From: Candidatus Saccharimonadota bacterium
GTDB taxonomy: Bacteria; Patescibacteriota; Gracilibacteria; BD1-5; UBA2023
NCBI GenBank assembly: GCA_963706795.1
Contig: OY970170.1
Location: 1,080,001 to 1,112,000 of the forward strand
Length of the DNA stretch: 32,000 nucleotides
Direction of reading: 5' to 3'
The first letter of the stretch is position 1; each line of letters starts with the position of its first letter. Of the stretch, positions 30,693 to 32,000 are shown in pieces. The notes under the pieces were generated by a model. The model was not told where the DNA came from. It was given only the letters and a program-made list of their open reading frames with translations, and ran no database searches. The translations under genes and the position numbers were made by a program.

Positions 30693-32000
30693 ATGAAACT
30701 TCCGCTTTCATGGATCGGCGTTTTTGCGTCGGTTGAAAATCCTCTTGCCACGCATGGCGCTAAAGAACTCGCGCATATCTACTCGACCCATACTTCCGAA
30801 ATCGAAGGCTATGAAGCATTTGGCGACTACGATAAAGTGGTTGTTGGTCGCGTTATTTCGACTGAGCGACATCCCGAATCCACCAAACTCTGGATCACAA
30901 AAGTGGATCTTGGAAAGCATGGTGAAGAGACGATTTTGACCGGAGCTCAAAATATTCCTGATGCAAAATACGTGCCAGTTGCAATGGTGGGCGCAGCACT
31001 TTCACCAGATTTTGTTATTACAGAGCGCAAAATGGCTGGCATGATCAGCCGTGGAATGATCTGTGGTGCCGACGAAATCGGACTCTCAAAGCAGGTGTCT
31101 ACAGGTATCATGATCCTCGAAGAATTCTTTGAAGAATCTATTCTTGCCAAGCAGCTTGGTGAAAATCTCTTTGATCTCGAAGTTGCGATCCCTGATATCG
31201 CAGGTGGGTCAAAGATGATCAAAATCAGCGGTACCGGATTTGAAATCGACAACAAGAGCGTGACTAACCGCCCCGATCTCTTTGGAATCCTGGGTCATGC
31301 ACGCGAATTTGCAACTCTCTTTGATCTCGAATTCACGGCACCAAAATACCCACTTGAAGCCCTTCCTGCTGGTAATCTGCCAACCGAAGTACTCTCTAAA
31401 AATGTGCTCTCGTACCATCTTATGAAGATTGAAGGGGTTACGCCGAAGCCTTCACCGCTTGGAATTTCTCTCATGCTTGAGCAGAGTGGACATCAGACTC
31501 GACTTGATCTTGTGGATATCACGAACTACCTCATGACCGAGCTTGGTCAGCCAATGCACGTATTTGATGCGGATAAGGTCGATGGTCACATCATTGTTCG
31601 TCAGGCCCAAAAAGGCGAGACACTCGTAGCACTCGACGGTAAAACCTATACATTCGAATCATCTGATCTTGTGATCGCAGATCAAAAAAAGGTTCTTGCG
31701 ATTGCCGGTGTTATGGGCGGGATGGATTCTGGAGTTACAGAATCTACACAAAATATCTATTTTGAATCCGCAGTCTTCGATCCTACTGCGATTCGTCTCA
31801 CAGCACAGAGACTCGCTATTCGTACGGATGCCTCAACTCGCTACGAAAAATCGCTCGATCCAATGATGAGCAAACAGGCACTCGCTCGAGCAATTCAGTT
31901 GATGACATTTTTGGGTCAAAAAAGTACGATTTCTGGCACTTCCTACTATCTCGACGAAACCCGAGTAAAAAAGATTGAGCTTACAGTAGCCGTAGAGTTC
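30693..32000 (+). CDS. pheT: Phenylalanine--tRNA ligase beta subunit (3' end outside the window)
   Basis: Starts MKLPLSWIGVFASV. It has a tRNA-binding domain (VVVGRVISTERHPESTKLWITKVDLG...ISRGMICGADEIG) and a B3_4 domain (NRPDLFGILGHAREFA...LVDITNYLMTELGQPMHVFDADK). The frame stays open to base 32000 (436 codons). It is absent from the ORF track because it has no stop in the window. No in-frame TGA. Confidence 0.95.
   Translation, partial: MKLPLSWIGVFASVENPLATHGAKELAHIYSTHTSEIEGYEAFGDYDKVVVGRVISTERHPESTKLWITKVDLGKHGEETILTGAQNIPDAKYVPVAMVGAALSPDFVITERKMAGMISRGMICGADEIGLSKQVSTGIMILEEFFEESILAKQLGENLFDLEVAIPDIAGGSKMIKISGTGFEIDNKSVTNRPDLFGILGHAREFATLFDLEFTAPKYPLEALPAGNLPTEVLSKNVLSYHLMKIEGVTPKPSPLGISLMLEQSGHQTRLDLVDITNYLMTELGQPMHVFDADKVDGHIIVRQAQKGETLVALDGKTYTFESSDLVIADQKKVLAIAGVMGGMDSGVTESTQNIYFESAVFDPTAIRLTAQRLAIRTDASTRYEKSLDPMMSKQALARAIQLMTFLGQKSTISGTSYYLDETRVKKIELTVAVEF

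Noticed and set aside
1-32000. The fragmented ORFs could represent a decaying genome full of pseudogenes
   Set aside because: Interruptions are exclusively TGA. There are no TAA or TAG interruptions and no frameshifts. Reading frames continue perfectly across each TGA, and the TGAs coincide with conserved glycines. Random decay would not produce this pattern.
1-32000. UGA=Trp (table 4) or UGA=selenocysteine
   Set aside because: TGA aligns to Gly in GxxGxxG, NPVG, GYxG and GGxxE motifs and to GGT in an internal repeat. TGG is used normally for Trp. About 90 occurrences is far too many for selenocysteine, and the positions are not catalytic Cys/Sec sites.

Overview
This window reads best as a compact, gene-dense fragment from a bacterium that decodes UGA as glycine (translation table 25, the Absconditabacteria/SR1 and Gracilibacteria lineages of the candidate phyla radiation). 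The supplied ORF track uses the standard code and splits nearly every gene at TGA. Reading TGA as a sense codon joins the fragments into about 30 uninterrupted genes, all ending in TAA or TAG. In-frame TGAs fall on invariant glycine positions in GalE, GlmS, ManC and GT4 enzymes. Three TGAs in one copy of an internal protein repeat align with GGT in the other copy.

Content from left to right:
- 1-17.7 kb: a large surface-glycan locus. It holds a GT2 fragment, a GalE-GT4 fusion ORF, about seven more GT4-like glycosyltransferases, a FemAB-like GNAT, an HprK-like P-loop protein plus a nucleotidyltransferase, a PIG-L deacetylase, WbqC, a Wzx-like flippase, and a minus-strand operon of GT4, glmS, manC and wzx.
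- 17.7-20.5 kb: a block with no in-frame TGA, containing a DUF333/DUF3298 secreted protein, an ABC-F ATPase and a GIY-YIG protein.
- 20.6-28.5 kb: a four-gene operon of exported proteins, including a 1283-aa adhesin-like protein and an 869-aa cysteine-rich protein.
- 28.6-32.0 kb: an HD-domain protein, a VirB2/TrbC-like pilin with a small membrane partner, and the 5' part of pheT.

I saw no rRNA, tRNA, CRISPR array or transposase. All coordinates and translations were done by hand and should be re-derived with a table-25 gene caller.
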